A stretch of DNA of 64,000 bases from positions 45,198,001 through 45,262,000 of the forward strand of contig OZ024740.1 in assembly GCA_964016885.1 (NCBI GenBank), given 5' to 3'. This DNA is from Eledone cirrhosa. Its lineage: Eukaryota. Positions 14,136 through 27,166 of this stretch are shown one piece after another; within the stretch, counting starts at the first letter, position 1; each line of letters starts with the position of its first letter. The notes under the pieces were generated by a model, which did not search any database, was not told where the DNA came from, and saw nothing but the letters and a program-made list of their open reading frames with translations. The position numbers and the translations under genes are program-made.

Positions 14136-14477
14136 GGAGGTACATGGCTTAGTAGTTAGAGCATTGGCCTTGCAATCGAAAGGTTGTAAGTTCAATTCTC
14201 AGACCGCTGATGTGTTGTTTCCTTGAGCAAGACACCTTATTTCACATTGCTCCAGTTCACTCCGCTGTAGAAATGAGATGATAGGGACTGGGGTCCCTAT
14301 CATTCCACTGTAAAGTGGACGTGTAGGTGCCACGGCAAAAAAAGCACCCAGCACTCACTGTAAATGAGGTTGGTGTTAGGAAGGGCATCCAGCTGTAGAA
14401 ATCAAGCCAGAATCAGTTCCCGTCCCACCCTTGCAAGCAGGGAAAAGCGGACGTAAAATGATGATGATGATGATGAT
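14136..14477 (+). mobile_element. tRNA-derived SINE with RTE-type 3' tail (family 2)
   Basis: A box tggcttagtag, B box gttcaattc, core ccttgagcaagacac, tail ggtgttaggaagggcatccagctgtagaaa..cggacgtaaaa(tga)n. Confidence 0.85.
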
Positions 14478-15766
14478 ATATATATATATATAAACATATA
14501 CATATATATATATATATACATACTTAGAAATGTATATATACATATATAAACATATACATACTTAAAAATGTGTATATATATATATATATATAAACATATA
14601 CATACATATATGTGTGTATGTGTATAGTTTGGACTGTAAAAACATGAAGAATATGTATATGTGAGTGTGTGTGTGTGTGTAATTTTGCTTTATTTTGTTT
14701 TCTTTTAAATATATTTATTCATTGAAATAAATGTTATTACAGATTTAAAACGCTAGGTAAGGTAAGTAGCATCTTCCTGTTAGCTGCCTTTTACCATTCT
14801 AGGTAATTGGAACAGTATACACTGACAGCTAAGCAGGCAAGCTAGATTACAAGAAGCTGACAAACTACTACAAGCTCTTTAGTATCTTCAAAGAGGATGG
14901 TTTCAAGTAGAAGAGAGACAGAAAAAAAACATAACAGCTCATAAATACAATGTAACCACTAAAATGTCATTTGATTGACAAATACTGAATAACCCTTTAT
15001 TACCAAATTTCTAATAAAAAACACCACCGATGGTTTTTAAATAATTTTGTAAAGAATGAATCATTAGAAGTGTTGAAGTAATATAAACTAACTTTCTCAA
15101 TATTTATCTGATGTTTCTAGTGGAAATACTTCTGCTATTTTAGATTGTCTTGTCAAGAGAAAAAACAATTATTTAACTCTTTCATTATCTTGCTTCAAAT
15201 GGAAGTATTTTCAAATCATTTTGAAAATAACCGAGAATTTGTTGGGATTTAGTAATATAACTTACTTTCTCATTATTAAGTTGGTGTTTGGAACATAACA
15301 TAATAAAGGTTCTTACATAAAATTATGGTAGAAGGTTTTTAGATAAACTATAAGTACTTTAAAATAAACAGCTTTGTATTGTAGAATCAAGAGTGGTCTT
15401 AGGTGGTTTTGCATCAAAATAATTAAATTTTGTTTCCTACTTAACTATTTTGATAAATCACATAATATTTTCAAACTTGTGTAGTTTTTAAAAATTATTA
15501 ATATTATCATTTTTATTTGAAATAGGAAAAACATTATTTGTGAATTTATATATAAAATATAATCAATCCTTCATTTGTAAGGAAAATTAATAGATCAAAT
15601 CCTAAACTTATTTTTAAAATTGATGAACCTATCATCATCACCATCATCAACATTACTTGATGGTGATGGATAATGTTTGAATTATATGTTAGATAACAAA
15701 AACCTCCTATTAAATATTTTCAAAAGTGTTCTGGAAACAAATTTATAACTCTTCTCCTTCATTACC

Positions 15767-16290
15767 CACTTAATCCTGGGATGGTCAGGAGGCAGAGTTC
15801 TCAAGGATGCCTTCCAGTGGATCCTTTCAGAAACAGCTGTTTCCAATTGAACTGGCTGGATCCCCAAGCAGGACCAGTCAAATTCATAAATATTATCCAA
15901 CCATCATGCTCAGGTCCCTGGATCTCCTGCCAGCTGGTTTTGCTTGTAAAATCTGTCCAGTGATTCTTTCCTTATACATTTTAATCACATGTTCATAATA
16001 TCAGAGCTGTGAGCTCCCAATTCAGAGAAGTAGCAGCACTACCTCGAGTGACTCATTGATCTCTGACCTATGCACTCTATCGAGAAATGTTACTCCAAAG
16101 ACCCTTAAGAGAAACTCCATTTCAGCCACTTGCATTTGCGATCATATTCATGACCATAGGTAAAGGTTGGCACAAATACTGAATTGAAGATAGCAAGTTC
16201 AGTTTTTTTACACCTATCTCCCTACTCCTGATGACCAAATGCTAAAGCTGGTGCATTACTACACTAGCTACTACAATTCTTCTAATTCTT
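15767..16290 (-). mobile_element. Old RTE-type LINE 3' fragment
   Basis: Degenerate similarity to 46410-46755 and to an RT C-terminal region. Confidence 0.6.
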
Positions 16291-19200
16291 TTGTATGCAT
16301 TGCCTTTATTTATTTATTGTATTTATTTGTATATTTTATGATACTGCATAGAGAGAAATATCTCACTACATATGTAAAATTTTAGAAAAAGGAAAAATTG
16401 TAACTTTTGTACAGTAATACAGATTTTGTGTGCATCGAGTTTAAAATTAGGGTACACCATATCTCTGTATGTTATAAGAGATGACTAAAAGGGTTGACAC
16501 CAGCGAGGGCATCCAGCAGTGAAATGTTACCTCACAAAATGCTCCATGACGAGTGTAAAGCTTCTGCTTTAGCAGGGGAAATGGTTTTAAAACATTTTTT
16601 GGTGTTGTATAATATTAAAAATTGTTTTATATTTTTTATTATTTAAATGATGCACACAATTCTTTTTATGGTAGTTAGCAATATATATAATTTCAATATT
16701 GCATTATCTATTTAATGTGAAAAAGCAATGTCTGCATAAAGTTCAGTTTCAGAATACCTGTATTTATTTCTATTAGTAATCAATATAATCTTTTTGGACT
16801 ATTATAAGTGCATGTTAAAAACCACAGGGTTAAAAAGTTCCCTTTGCAACCTATCACTCTGGGTTCGATCCTTCTGCTTGGCACTTTGTGCAGGTTGATT
16901 AATACCTCAGGTTGACTCAGAGTGATAGGAATTTAATAAATAGAAACTGTATGAAAGCTTGCCATATATGTGAAAATCTGAGTATCTGTGTGTGTGTGTT
17001 CACCTAGGGCCATGTTAGTGTTTATGTCTAAAGACCAGTGCTGTTCATTTTGTCGAGTTATGTCCCATAACTTAGTGGTCTGACAAATAGAGGTCAATAA
17101 AATAAGATACAATCAGCTAAATCTTAGAAATTAATACCCCAGCATGGCAACAGTCCAATGAACAAAACCAATAAAAAAAAATCAATATTTAAAAAAATAT
17201 TTCTATCTACACTAGATTTCGGTAGGTTTGATCTCCAATCAATATGTACATCTTGCTCCTAGTTCAAATCCAATCCGGTACTGTGTACATACATATCTAG
17301 AAATAAGACACTCGCTGACAATAGCAGTTCAAACCAATCAAAACACAGTGTAGATGTAAATATTTTTAAAAGGTTTCATCTATAAAGTTGAGGTTATCAG
17401 TAAAACAAATTATAATTATATTAACAATAACTCATCTCAAACATTCAGATATTTAATTAGCTATCAATTTACAAAAGACTTTTTCCTATAGCTATGAAAT
17501 AGCAAGAACTGTTGATTAAAATATTTGTTATATAAAATTAATTTTGTTAAGTGTAGGTAATGTATCTAGAAAGCATAATAATTCTAAAGTTTTATTATAA
17601 AAAAAACGAAATAATAAAGTAAAATTTATTATATTATAGCTATGAAGCTAAACTAGTGATTCGAGGGCCTATATAGTTTCATGTTTAATACACCTATTCA
17701 AACTAGTGCATTAGTTTGAATAAATGCTGCACTGTGAAACTTAAATAATAATGTATTTATTTACTAAATAAATAAGATACAAAAAAGTGAAAACTAATAA
17801 ATAAAAATAAATTGTAAACAAATTCAAGTTTTAAACTGCATTATTTAAACTTTTCATAAAACAAACATTAAGCATCTCATGTGCAATTATAATTCATTTT
17901 TGTTGATAAATAAACAAGCATTATAATAAGAATTTATTGAATATAATTGAGGAATAAAAGTCTAGTATACACACTAATTTATAAAAATAAACTTGCATTT
18001 AATTAAAAAAATAAATTAAATTAATTTGATATTGATATAACTATCTAAATTAAATTCCATCTCCAACTACCACTTGCATAGCTAAAGAAAGATGCTAAAA
18101 CTAATTCTTCTACTATGATGCAAAAGCTGTATATGTAGAAGAGATATTAACCTACCGTAAGTGGAGAGATTTCAGACTGCCATGAAGGGGCTCACAGAAG
18201 AGAAAGCCTCACTTACTTTTACTGCTGATTCTTGTTACACAGAGTAGGGTGAAACCATTTCTAGCAATGGGTGCCAGCTGATTTTCAACTGACCCAAAGT
18301 ATTTTCATATAATAGTAGCACCTGGGTATGATAACTTGAAACCATTTAGCCTCCTCCTCTAGGTGAAAGGTTAGCCAGTAAAAATATGTTATGCGTTGAG
18401 GTAGTTGACAAGTAGCTCTATATACAGGCATCCAAAATAGATCTGTAAGTTGTAAGCAGCAACAGTTGCTAACTGATATTACACAACACTAGTTTTCTTG
18501 TGAAGAAGCTACCAGAAACTTTTAGAACACAAAATAAACAGTTGTTATATTCTTAATAGTAAAGAGATGCTATACCATGTATATAATTCTGACATTCTTC
18601 TCAGTCTGCTTAAGTTAATTAATTTACATTATCTACATGGTAATAATTTAATTAAGAATGTTTATTATTATCTAAAATAAATGCAGAGAGATATTGTATA
18701 TAAACAGCTATAGAAACAAGCATTATAGAATTAAAATTATTTTTTTCTTCTAATAAGATATATTAAATGTACATACAAATTATAGCATTCATATATAAAG
18801 ACATGATAGAAATGTGAGTCTACTTTTTCATGTTTAGATATGTATCCAGGAACATTTTATATACATACTTTATAAAACAAGTTTCAAAAGCAATATAAAT
18901 TAGAGAGATTAATTTCCAGAAGAGAAGTTAAAGTTTTTACTTTACAACAAATAATACAAAACTATTTGGTAGTAGTGATTATTAAAGAATAGATATTTTA
19001 AAACTTACAGATTTTAAAGTATTACATTTAAGGCATCATTTAGTGAAGCCAAATCCACATCATCTTCATAACTATCATTACTTCATTCTCCTGCAATACT
19101 AAGAAAATACTATAGTTTTATATACCCCTACAAATCATTCTATTGGTCTGTATATATATGTTTTTCTTTTTATAATTTAAGACATCTGTTGCATGATGCA

Positions 19201-19329
19201 GATCTCATATTCTACACTAATATCACAGAAATAGAATCAGTTGTTACACCTGGGTGCATCACCATTATCTATATCCCATATGTCAATGAGATATTTGATG
19301 ATTATTTCATGATATTGCATTACATATCT

Positions 19330-20880
19330 TCAAATTCCTTTTTTTATTTTTAAATGAGCCAGAGTCAATATCTCCTCAATCTAAGGTCAATTGGAAGAAA
19401 TCCAGTGGTCTTCCCCTTTGCCTCTGGTATAGAGGTAGAGGCTGCTTTTGGGATGCTATAGTCAGCTCCTTCTCTCATTTCAACTCTATTATTCCTTCAC
19501 GCATCTTAGATATTGTGGCAGGGGTAGGGGTCACCTCATATATAGCTGAATGGAATAAACTACTGAAATATCATGATTTATTGAGAAACTACTTTTTGCG
19601 GCTTTCAAGACATTTTCATGAGCTGGGCTACACACAATGAGGATTTTATCAATGACAGTAGCTTGCCATATTGAAGTATCAAATACTGGTTGCAAAGTTA
19701 CTTGGCTATTTCAACACCTTAACCTTGATATAACTTGTGCTAATGCTGTGGTTGTTTTGCCTTGCTTCAAAAATGTACACAGTGCAACACCAGCACTCTC
19801 TGATGTAGTATGTAATTCTGTCTGCACTTCTCTCTCTCTTATTTTTTTCTATCCTCTTCTTTCTGTTTCTTTTTTGTTATTGATTTGTTCCTTTTGGAAC
19901 TCTTAAACATTTCAATTTAATTGGAATTGTTATTCTCAGTGTCTATCTGCTATTCTAAATTACATCCTTAATAAAATCTTCCAGAATTAGACTTAATACA
20001 ACAGTCAATGGTCCATGATAGATTAAACTATATAATGTTTATTACAGAATTTTTTATACTAATCAATTCATTCAACTTCTTGTTTCTCTATAATCAAAGC
20101 AGACTTCTAAAATAGGATCAGACAGGCAGTTTATAGTTTCTATGTAAGATTCTGTCACACAATTACCCAGTACTTTGTAACATTTTGAGTATCTTTATTT
20201 ATTATTTGCCAACAGATGAAACAACTGCACAAACTTTTTCTAGTTCTTGTCAGTCTAGCTTCCACACTTTCAATAGGACCACTTTCTATTCTAATTATAT
20301 CACTTGTAGTAAGTCTTACAAGCTGTCAATGGGTTTTATTTCATGTTTGTCCTATACTTCAGGTGTGCCCTGCATAGCTGGTGTCTCTACAGTCCTGTTT
20401 CACTGTCAGACAATTAGTTCTTACTGTACCTTTGTGTTACTACTGAGTAAACAGCATTTAGTTTATATCAACTCCCTTCCTACAGATTGTGAAAAATCAC
20501 TTCTCAGCTGGGGCTGAGATTGTGTACTCCCTCCTGTAAAATAGTAGTTTGCTCTTCTAACCAGGTTTTTATGAAAAATGTCCCCATCCCTTTTTAAAAA
20601 AGACCTTCTGTTACATCTGTTAGTATTTAGGCTATATCAACAAAGTCCCTTTTCCACACCTCTCTGTTCCTCATTGCCATCTTCAGTTTCTGGAAATATA
20701 CCAGGCGAGTTTCCTACTTCAGGTTGTCAATGTATGAGAAATGATATACACCATATTTCTCTGTCCTTCATTGCCATCTTCAGTTTCTGGAAAGATTCCA
20801 AGCCTGTTTCCTGCTTCAAGTAGACAATGTATTTGAGATGATGTCCACTACACTTCTCGTAGTTCAAGGACCCCATCCTG
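19330..20880 (-). mobile_element. Ancient LINE C-terminal remnants, including a duplicated 3' end at 20620-20880
   Basis: Minus-strand peptides QRQRGRP (~19420), KQETGLESFQKLKMAMKDREIW and FQKLKMAMRNREVW, typical of RTE/RTEX C-termini. Confidence 0.5.
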
Positions 20881-20999
20881 TTTTAAATATATATCAAAAT
20901 ATAAACAAAATTAACTCAAATATCAAGTTTTGAAATTCAAGTGTATTAGAATTTGTATAAAAATGGAAAATCTTGGCATAAGGAAGCTGTTAAAACAGC

Positions 21000-21128
21000 A
21001 AAATGCCATCAAAACAACGTTGGGTAAAACATTACCTTGGAGGAAAGAAATCAGCAGCTCGAAGTGAGAGCTGCTGATTTCTTTCCTTCAAGGTAATGTT
21101 TTACCCAATCTCGTTTTGACAGCATTTT
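21000..21128. repeat. Near-perfect long hairpin
   Basis: 21020-21060 pairs with 21068-21108 (41 bp, one G-U), 7-nt loop, imperfect extension to ~21000/21128. Confidence 0.9.
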
Positions 21129-21437
21129 AATATTAAAATATATCCATATTACATTGAGTGATTCTGAAGAGAGTTGATACTGCCAAGTAATAATAGTTTC
21201 AAGCTCAATATGTCATTTTAGATAGTAACAGAAATAGTTTATAGAATAAAAGAGTTAAGGATATATAATAACACTGAGCATCAACAGTCGATCGACAAGA
21301 TCCCAGACCTCATTCACTTAATGCTCATTAAATTGGACTGAGGAAACAATGTTTCCATTGGTCTTTCCAATTGCTAATACTATCTGTCGGTCGCAACTCC
21401 AGACAGAAACGCAGAGCATATATAACAATAAAAGAAG

Positions 21438-21722
21438 GCAGAAAAGAATTCTTTCAAATCATTTAATTGTTTCACATGTTTCAATACTATTTCAATTATA
21501 TTTAATTAATGGTTACGTTATTTTCAATTGAGTAGAAGACGACAAAACATTATTAAATACTGTATATCATCAAAAACCAAATAAAAAATTATACTTGGAA
21601 AGAGGCATCCCTACAAACAAAATGATGTTTTGTTGTCCTCTACTAAATTTAGCATAACATTAATTGAATATAATGTATTAAAATGTAAAAGAAGTAAATG
21701 ATTTGAAAGAATTCTTTTCTGC
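21438..21722. mobile_element. Fold-back / MITE-like element
   Basis: 28-bp perfect inverted repeat 21438-21465 / 21695-21722, plus inner pairing agtagaagacgacaaaacat / atgttttgttgtcctctact. Confidence 0.65.
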
Positions 21723-22509
21723 TTATGTTAAAATATAGCTATGAAACATGATATTCTTGTCAAAATTTAGAATATTATAATTGTTATTAAATACATTTCT
21801 GTTTCTTTGTGTGTCACCTCTGTTTTAGAGGTCAACATAGATTGAAGCTGGAATATCAACATTGTTCTATGTACGAAGATGCTGTGAACCCTAAATATTA
21901 TATAGCTCACAATCCTTTAGTTGCTTTAATCCAGCTCTGCTTCGACTACTAAAGCAAACAAAAAATTACTAACACCAACACAATTATCAGACAATTTGGT
22001 TTTCTCTGGTCCTTACCAGTTCTGAGACAAACATTCACAGAATCCTGTATGTGGTTATTGGAATTACTAAAAATAGATGCCTTATCTCCCTCAAATCACA
22101 ACTTACCATCTTAAAACAAACAACAGACAACATAATGTAGTCCTAGAGTCTACATTATGCCTGAGTTTAAATTTTATAAATGCGGTGGGTGGGTGGGGGG
22201 GGGGCAGTTGAATTGCCTTTGATGTTAGCTCTGGACAACAACAATAGCAACTGTTACAAACAAAAATTTAGAAAATTGGAAAGCTGATATCTTTCATGTA
22301 GTGTCGTCTGCTTTTCTTAAATGTTAATATAACTACGTAATAACTTGTAAATCTACTTACGCCGCTGTTATTAACATAATTTCAATATTCAAATAAATAC
22401 TTTGACTAAATTATATTTGTTAAATTTTGTTATAAATATATTAAATACTTTTAAAAAATACGTTTTTAAAGTTATATTTATACATTTATATAAATGAACT
22501 ATTTGCTTT

Positions 22510-22570
22510 AGAGCGACATTAACCGCTACCACCGGCGTCTGCTGCGTGCTGTGGCTCATCACGTGACCTG
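22510..22570. promoter_or_regulatory. Small CpG-rich island with E-box atCACGTGac; candidate promoter
   Basis: GC/CpG patch in AT-rich unique DNA; E-box 22558-22567; minus-strand donor ggc|gtaagt at 22355-22361. Confidence 0.3.
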
Positions 22571-22863
22571 TAGAGTCTTTTCAAATAATTTTTTATAAAA
22601 CTTGTTAAAAATAATTGATAATATTTCACCAAAACTTCAGATAAATATAATATAAGTACCGATGCGTAAATCAAAATCAATTTCTCTATTAATTTAAATT
22701 ATGCCACTACCTACATCTTTTGTTTACAAAGTAATAACGATAGATATATATACATATTATGGGAACTACAGTTAAATTAGGTACTCATTACATTAATTAG
22801 AGAATGTACATATTTCTTTCTTTAATACAGAAAAAATTCTGCAGTACTAGAACTATTTTATTT

Positions 22864-23455
22864 GTTGTATAAATAACATTATAAATTATGTTTTAGATAT
22901 ATACATAAATAACATTACAAATGCGTAAATAACATTATAAAATGCACGCAATTCGTTTGCAAACATAATTGTTTCTACGTTTGGCACAAGGCCAGCAATT
23001 ACCTAGTGCATTACTGGTACTTTATTTTATCGACCCCGTAAGGATGAAAGGCAAAGTTAACCTCGGCGGAATTTGAACTCTGAATGGCAACTCTATACGT
23101 CAAAGCATGGCGTCCGACCCTCTACCGATAAACACAAATATAAACGCGCAAAAGAGAAAAAGGTGGGAAGCGAAAACAAAAACTACCATCAATTCACCAA
23201 CTGTGACAATCGGCCTAACATCACATCAGAAAGATTTGCTAAACACTTTGAGTCAAGCCAATACGCTCGCAGCATTGCCACGGGTGATGGCGAGGCTAAG
23301 GCGCTGAAACAACCAGGCACCCTCACGGGCTTCAACGACATTATATTTGTAATGTTCTTCTGAACGAATTGCGAGCAATTTATAATGTTATTTACGCATT
23401 TGTAATGTTATTTATGTATATATTTAAAACATATTTGTAATGTTATTTATACAAC
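22864..23455. mobile_element. MITE-like element with ~93-bp terminal inverted repeats, containing a SINE (22967-23130, minus)
   Basis: 22864-22957 is nearly the reverse complement of 23363-23455. Confidence 0.7.
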
Positions 23456-23566
23456 TGTGAATAAAGTTTTTATCCGTTTTTTATTTGTTTGAAATCATCA
23501 GGAATGGACCTCTCCGGTGATTTCAAACTATAATAATTAAACAATTCTATTCCTGTGTATATATAT

Positions 23567-23656
<90 letters not shown>

Positions 23657-23686
23657 AGATCAAAAGATGGTTAAAAGAGTTCCATG

Positions 23687-23757
23687 TATTTTATTATGCG
23701 CATTTCAAAAACAAATATCATCATGCAATAATGTTTGTGTTTTCATCAGATAAAATA
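23687..23757 (-). ncRNA. Type I hammerhead ribozyme (PLE type)
   Basis: Minus strand: TATTTTAT-CTGATGA-[stem II]-GAAA-TGCGCA-TA-ATAAAATA; 8-bp stem I, palindromic stem III. Confidence 0.85.
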
Positions 23758-24107
23758 GGAAGACATGATATGAAGGTTAAAAAACACTTGTGAATAGTGC
23801 AGTTTTAAATCAACATATGAAAAGTAGTTTTAGATTGATGTGTGATATTGGGCAAAAAAATGTTGGGGGGGGGGGGTGAAAAAAAAGGAGATGAGAGTAA
23901 AAAGTGGAGGGGGAGGAGTATAATGAGGAAGGATGAGATAGGAGGAGAGATGGGTGATAGAGAGAGAGAGAGAGCTTTTATAACTGAGAAAAATATATTG
24001 TTTTACATAGAGAGGTTGAAAAACCGTTGGAAGATAATGTATAAATTAAAAGAATTTGAAAATTAACGAAGAGAAAAAAATAATGTAAAGTTAAGGTTTG
24101 TATATTG

Positions 24108-24280
24108 AAGGGTTTAATAATATGTGCGATGAAAAAGAAAATGTTAATATGTATTAAGAATAATATTTAAGGGTTTAATAATATGTGCGATGGAAAGAAA
24201 ATGTTAATATGTATTAAGAATAATATTTAAGGGTTTAATAATATGTGCGATGGAAAGAAAATGTTGATATGTATTATTAA
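24108..24280. repeat. ~60-bp tandem repeat, about 3 copies, in the PLE 3' region
   Basis: aagggtttaataatatgtgcgatg..aaagaaaatgtt..tatgtatta repeated. Confidence 0.85.
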
Positions 24281-24708
24281 AAAAAACACAAGTAATGTAA
24301 GTAAGGATATATTGTGAGATGAGCATGAGTAAGTTAGATGAAAGGGGGAAAAAATAATGAATTGAGGATGAATAATCTAACGTAAAAAAAAATGTTTATG
24401 TTTACGAAGGATTTTTTCAAGGTGATATAAAGTAAGAATATATTGTATTGTGTAATAATTGTTTCAATGTTAGGCACAGTGAGAAAAGGTACAGATTAGG
24501 GGTTAGAAATTAAAAGAAAAAGAAAAGAAAAGGAAAAGGAAGAAAGGGAAGTGATAAATAGGAGTGATATAGAATGAGTAACAAGTATTATATAATGTAT
24601 AATAAATAACTTTGAAATAAGGTAGAAAGATGGGTATATTTTTAAAGAAGTATATATATATATATGTGCCTTTGAGAAAAGGATTCTAAATTGATAAAGT
24701 ATTTGATA

Positions 24709-25254
24709 TTAGCTGTAGACTTTATGGAATGTTCTGTGGAATTTATGCAAGCAGAGAGAAAACAAGTCAGTGCGTCTATTTATTATAGAATCTAAATTAG
24801 ATATAATGGTAAATTTTTCATTTAGACAGAGATTGCAAGTCTTGGATAGAGAACTGTTCAAGTATAACGAAGCAGAAGAAACCTTTTTCCAAGAGATGTT
24901 ATATTTAATATTTTTGTCTTTCAAGGACCATATGAGTTCTGAGAGAGCCGTGTTGATTCTTTTAAGTTGGTATTTAAAAGACGAATGATGATTGTAAAGA
25001 CGAGCTTTAAAGGAGGTGGAAGTGAAGCCAAAATAGGTGAAGGAATTGGTGTCAGTTATAACTTTACATTCGTAGATTAAGTTTTTATCAAGACAATGGT
25101 TGTTGAGAGGACATTTATTTTTAACAGGGCAATTGCAATTGCGATTAGAGAGATTATTAACGAGTGACCTAGTGTTATCTATAGAAGGAATTGGATTGGA
25201 GAAGTTATTTGCGATAGGAATGATAGTTTCTTGATTTAGAATGGGATTAAGAAA
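24709..25254 (-). CDS. Penelope-like GIY-YIG endonuclease domain with Cys-rich linker (no ATG, no RT)
   Basis: Stop-free frame ..NCNCPVKNKCPLNNHCLDKNLIYECKV..TYFGFTSTSFKARLYNHHSSF..TALSELIWSLK..CNLCLNEKF..NRRTDLFSLCLH. Confidence 0.8.
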   Translation of the reverse strand, partial: FLNPILNQETIIPIANNFSNPIPSIDNTRSLVNNLSNRNCNCPVKNKCPLNNHCLDKNLIYECKVITDTNSFTYFGFTSTSFKARLYNHHSSFKYQLKRINTALSELIWSLKDKNIKYNISWKKVSSASLYLNSSLSKTCNLCLNEKFTIISNLDSIINRRTDLFSLCLHKFHRTFHKVYS

Positions 25255-25507
25255 CTATTAAAAAATGCTACCCAAAGAATCTATAATGGGTGTCTGAATG
25301 GTCTAATGTGTGAACCGAAGATTGGAACGTTAAACTTATGTTGCGAGTTATAGGATGAAATTAAATTAAATTAAAAATATTAAATTGCAAAATGGTAAAT
25401 TGAAAAATAGAGGTAGCGAGATTTATTTATTAATGAACTTACGGAGAGAGTCTTATATGAAAAAAATGTTTAACTCGATAAGATATTAGGATGGGATATA
25501 GAGTAAA

Positions 25508-25669
25508 GAGTTCGATTGGGAGACCCCGCCAGCACACCCACCACCATGAGTCAGCCAGTCTCGAGTGGTATCGTCCAGCGAAAGAAATGGAAATTAATTT
25601 TTCCGAGTACTCTAGGAACGTAGCTAGCTTTGGCCCCGGGATCGCTAGCGGGAACTCCACAATTTCGAC
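25508..25669 (-). ncRNA. Unassigned structured RNA motif, copy A
   Basis: Conserved core 25563-25612 inside a long GC-rich stem (cccgctagc/gctggcggg on the minus strand). Confidence 0.55.
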
Positions 25670-25791
25670 AGGCCATCGTCTATACCACGAATACTATTAA
25701 ATCATACATTAGGGCTTTATTTACGTGTCAGTAAGGCATGATACAGCTAATAGTCATGCCCAAACCTGGAGTTTGTAGGTACAAGTATAAA

Positions 25792-25945
25792 GTGGCGGCC
25801 AAAACAGGCGGCGCGGTGGGACCGGGGCAAAGCAAGCCGCTGCGAGTAATTTCATTTACCCAAAGAGGAGAAATATATTTTTCCGAGCACTCAAGGAAGG
25901 CTGAACTTTCCGTGTGCCCAGCGCGCAGCCGGGAAAAGCCACCAC
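25792..25945 (-). ncRNA. Unassigned structured RNA motif, copy B
   Basis: Core 25844-25892; stems gtggtggc/gccgccac, gcgcg/cgcgc, gggca/tgccc. Confidence 0.6.
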
Positions 25946-26092
25946 ACAAGTCGAAGGTAACAACCCAATGAAAAGTACAAATAGACCAAAATTATTTTAA
26001 AATCCCAGTTAGTCCGGGTTATAGGTAGTGTGGTTCTGAAAGGTGCATAATGACCTGAGTAAGGAAAAGTTAATTTTGGTCTATTTGCACTT

Positions 26093-26209
<117 letters not shown>

Positions 26210-26411
26210 ATATTTATTCAGGTTTGAGGTTCACCACTGTATAGAGCTGGTCTATTCCGTATGGTCAATCGTAATGCAATAATATAGAGAGTACTCAACG
26301 TAAAGCAGTTCAACCGTCTTTGTTTTTGTAGTTGGTGGTACTATTACGGAGTTAAATATTATAATGAGATGACAGGAGGCTGGATTTGTGTAAATCCTTG
26401 AAAGGTTTATT

Positions 26412-26469
26412 ATACTATGATCATTTCAATGACCGGGTTCCGTATGAATCCGGTGATATCATCAGGTAT
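26412..26469 (-). ncRNA. Type I hammerhead ribozyme (PLE type)
   Basis: Minus strand: ATAC-CTGATGA-tatcaccggattcatacggaacccggtcatt-GAAA-TGATCA-TA-GTAT, then aataaa. Confidence 0.8.
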
Positions 26470-27166
26470 TCGAAATATAATACGTGAATGTAATAGGTAA
26501 AATCCATGGGGCTGAAAATCGAGACCCGAGGGCGACCGCTATTCTGTTCCTTCAACCTCAGCCGGTCGCCCTGGAGTGACGTGGCTAAATTTTATAGTAT
26601 GCTACTACCAGTCAGATGAACGAAAACAGAAAGGGATGGGAGCATAAGTTAACGTCGATCCCATGACACAAGGTAAAAGAAAGAAAGAAAGGAAGGAGAG
26701 AGAAGAAGGGGGAAGAAAGAAGAAGAGAAGCCAGGGTTAATGTCAGCTAAAAGAGGAAAGCAACTACTACTGGTCAGATATAGGCAAGCAAGAGGGGGAA
26801 GGAAGATAAGTCTGCGGGAGGAAGACAGGAGGAGGGGAGAAGAGAAGGAAGGGAAGAGAGAAGTAGAAAAGTAAGGGTTGATGGCTACAAGAAGGAAGAT
26901 AGAAAGAAAGAGGAAGAAAGGTCGATATTAATGTCAGACCACAGTCAAGCCAGGAGTGGCGCGAGAAAATTTTCACAGGGACCCGCATCTTAGCAGAGGT
27001 GAATATATTGGGAGTCAGTGTGTTACAGTGTTTAGACTTCTAGGATGAAGTTAAAAAAATTAATAATCAATATTCAATATTAAAGAGGTTAGAAAATTTA
27101 AAGTTCAACAGTTTAACATTTAATTATATAATAGTTCCGATTTGTTCTGTAATTTAAAGGTACTAT

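Noticed and set aside
14136-14215. tRNA genes at SINE heads (here and other copies)
   Set aside because: A/B boxes are present but there is no complete cloverleaf, and they run directly into SINE bodies
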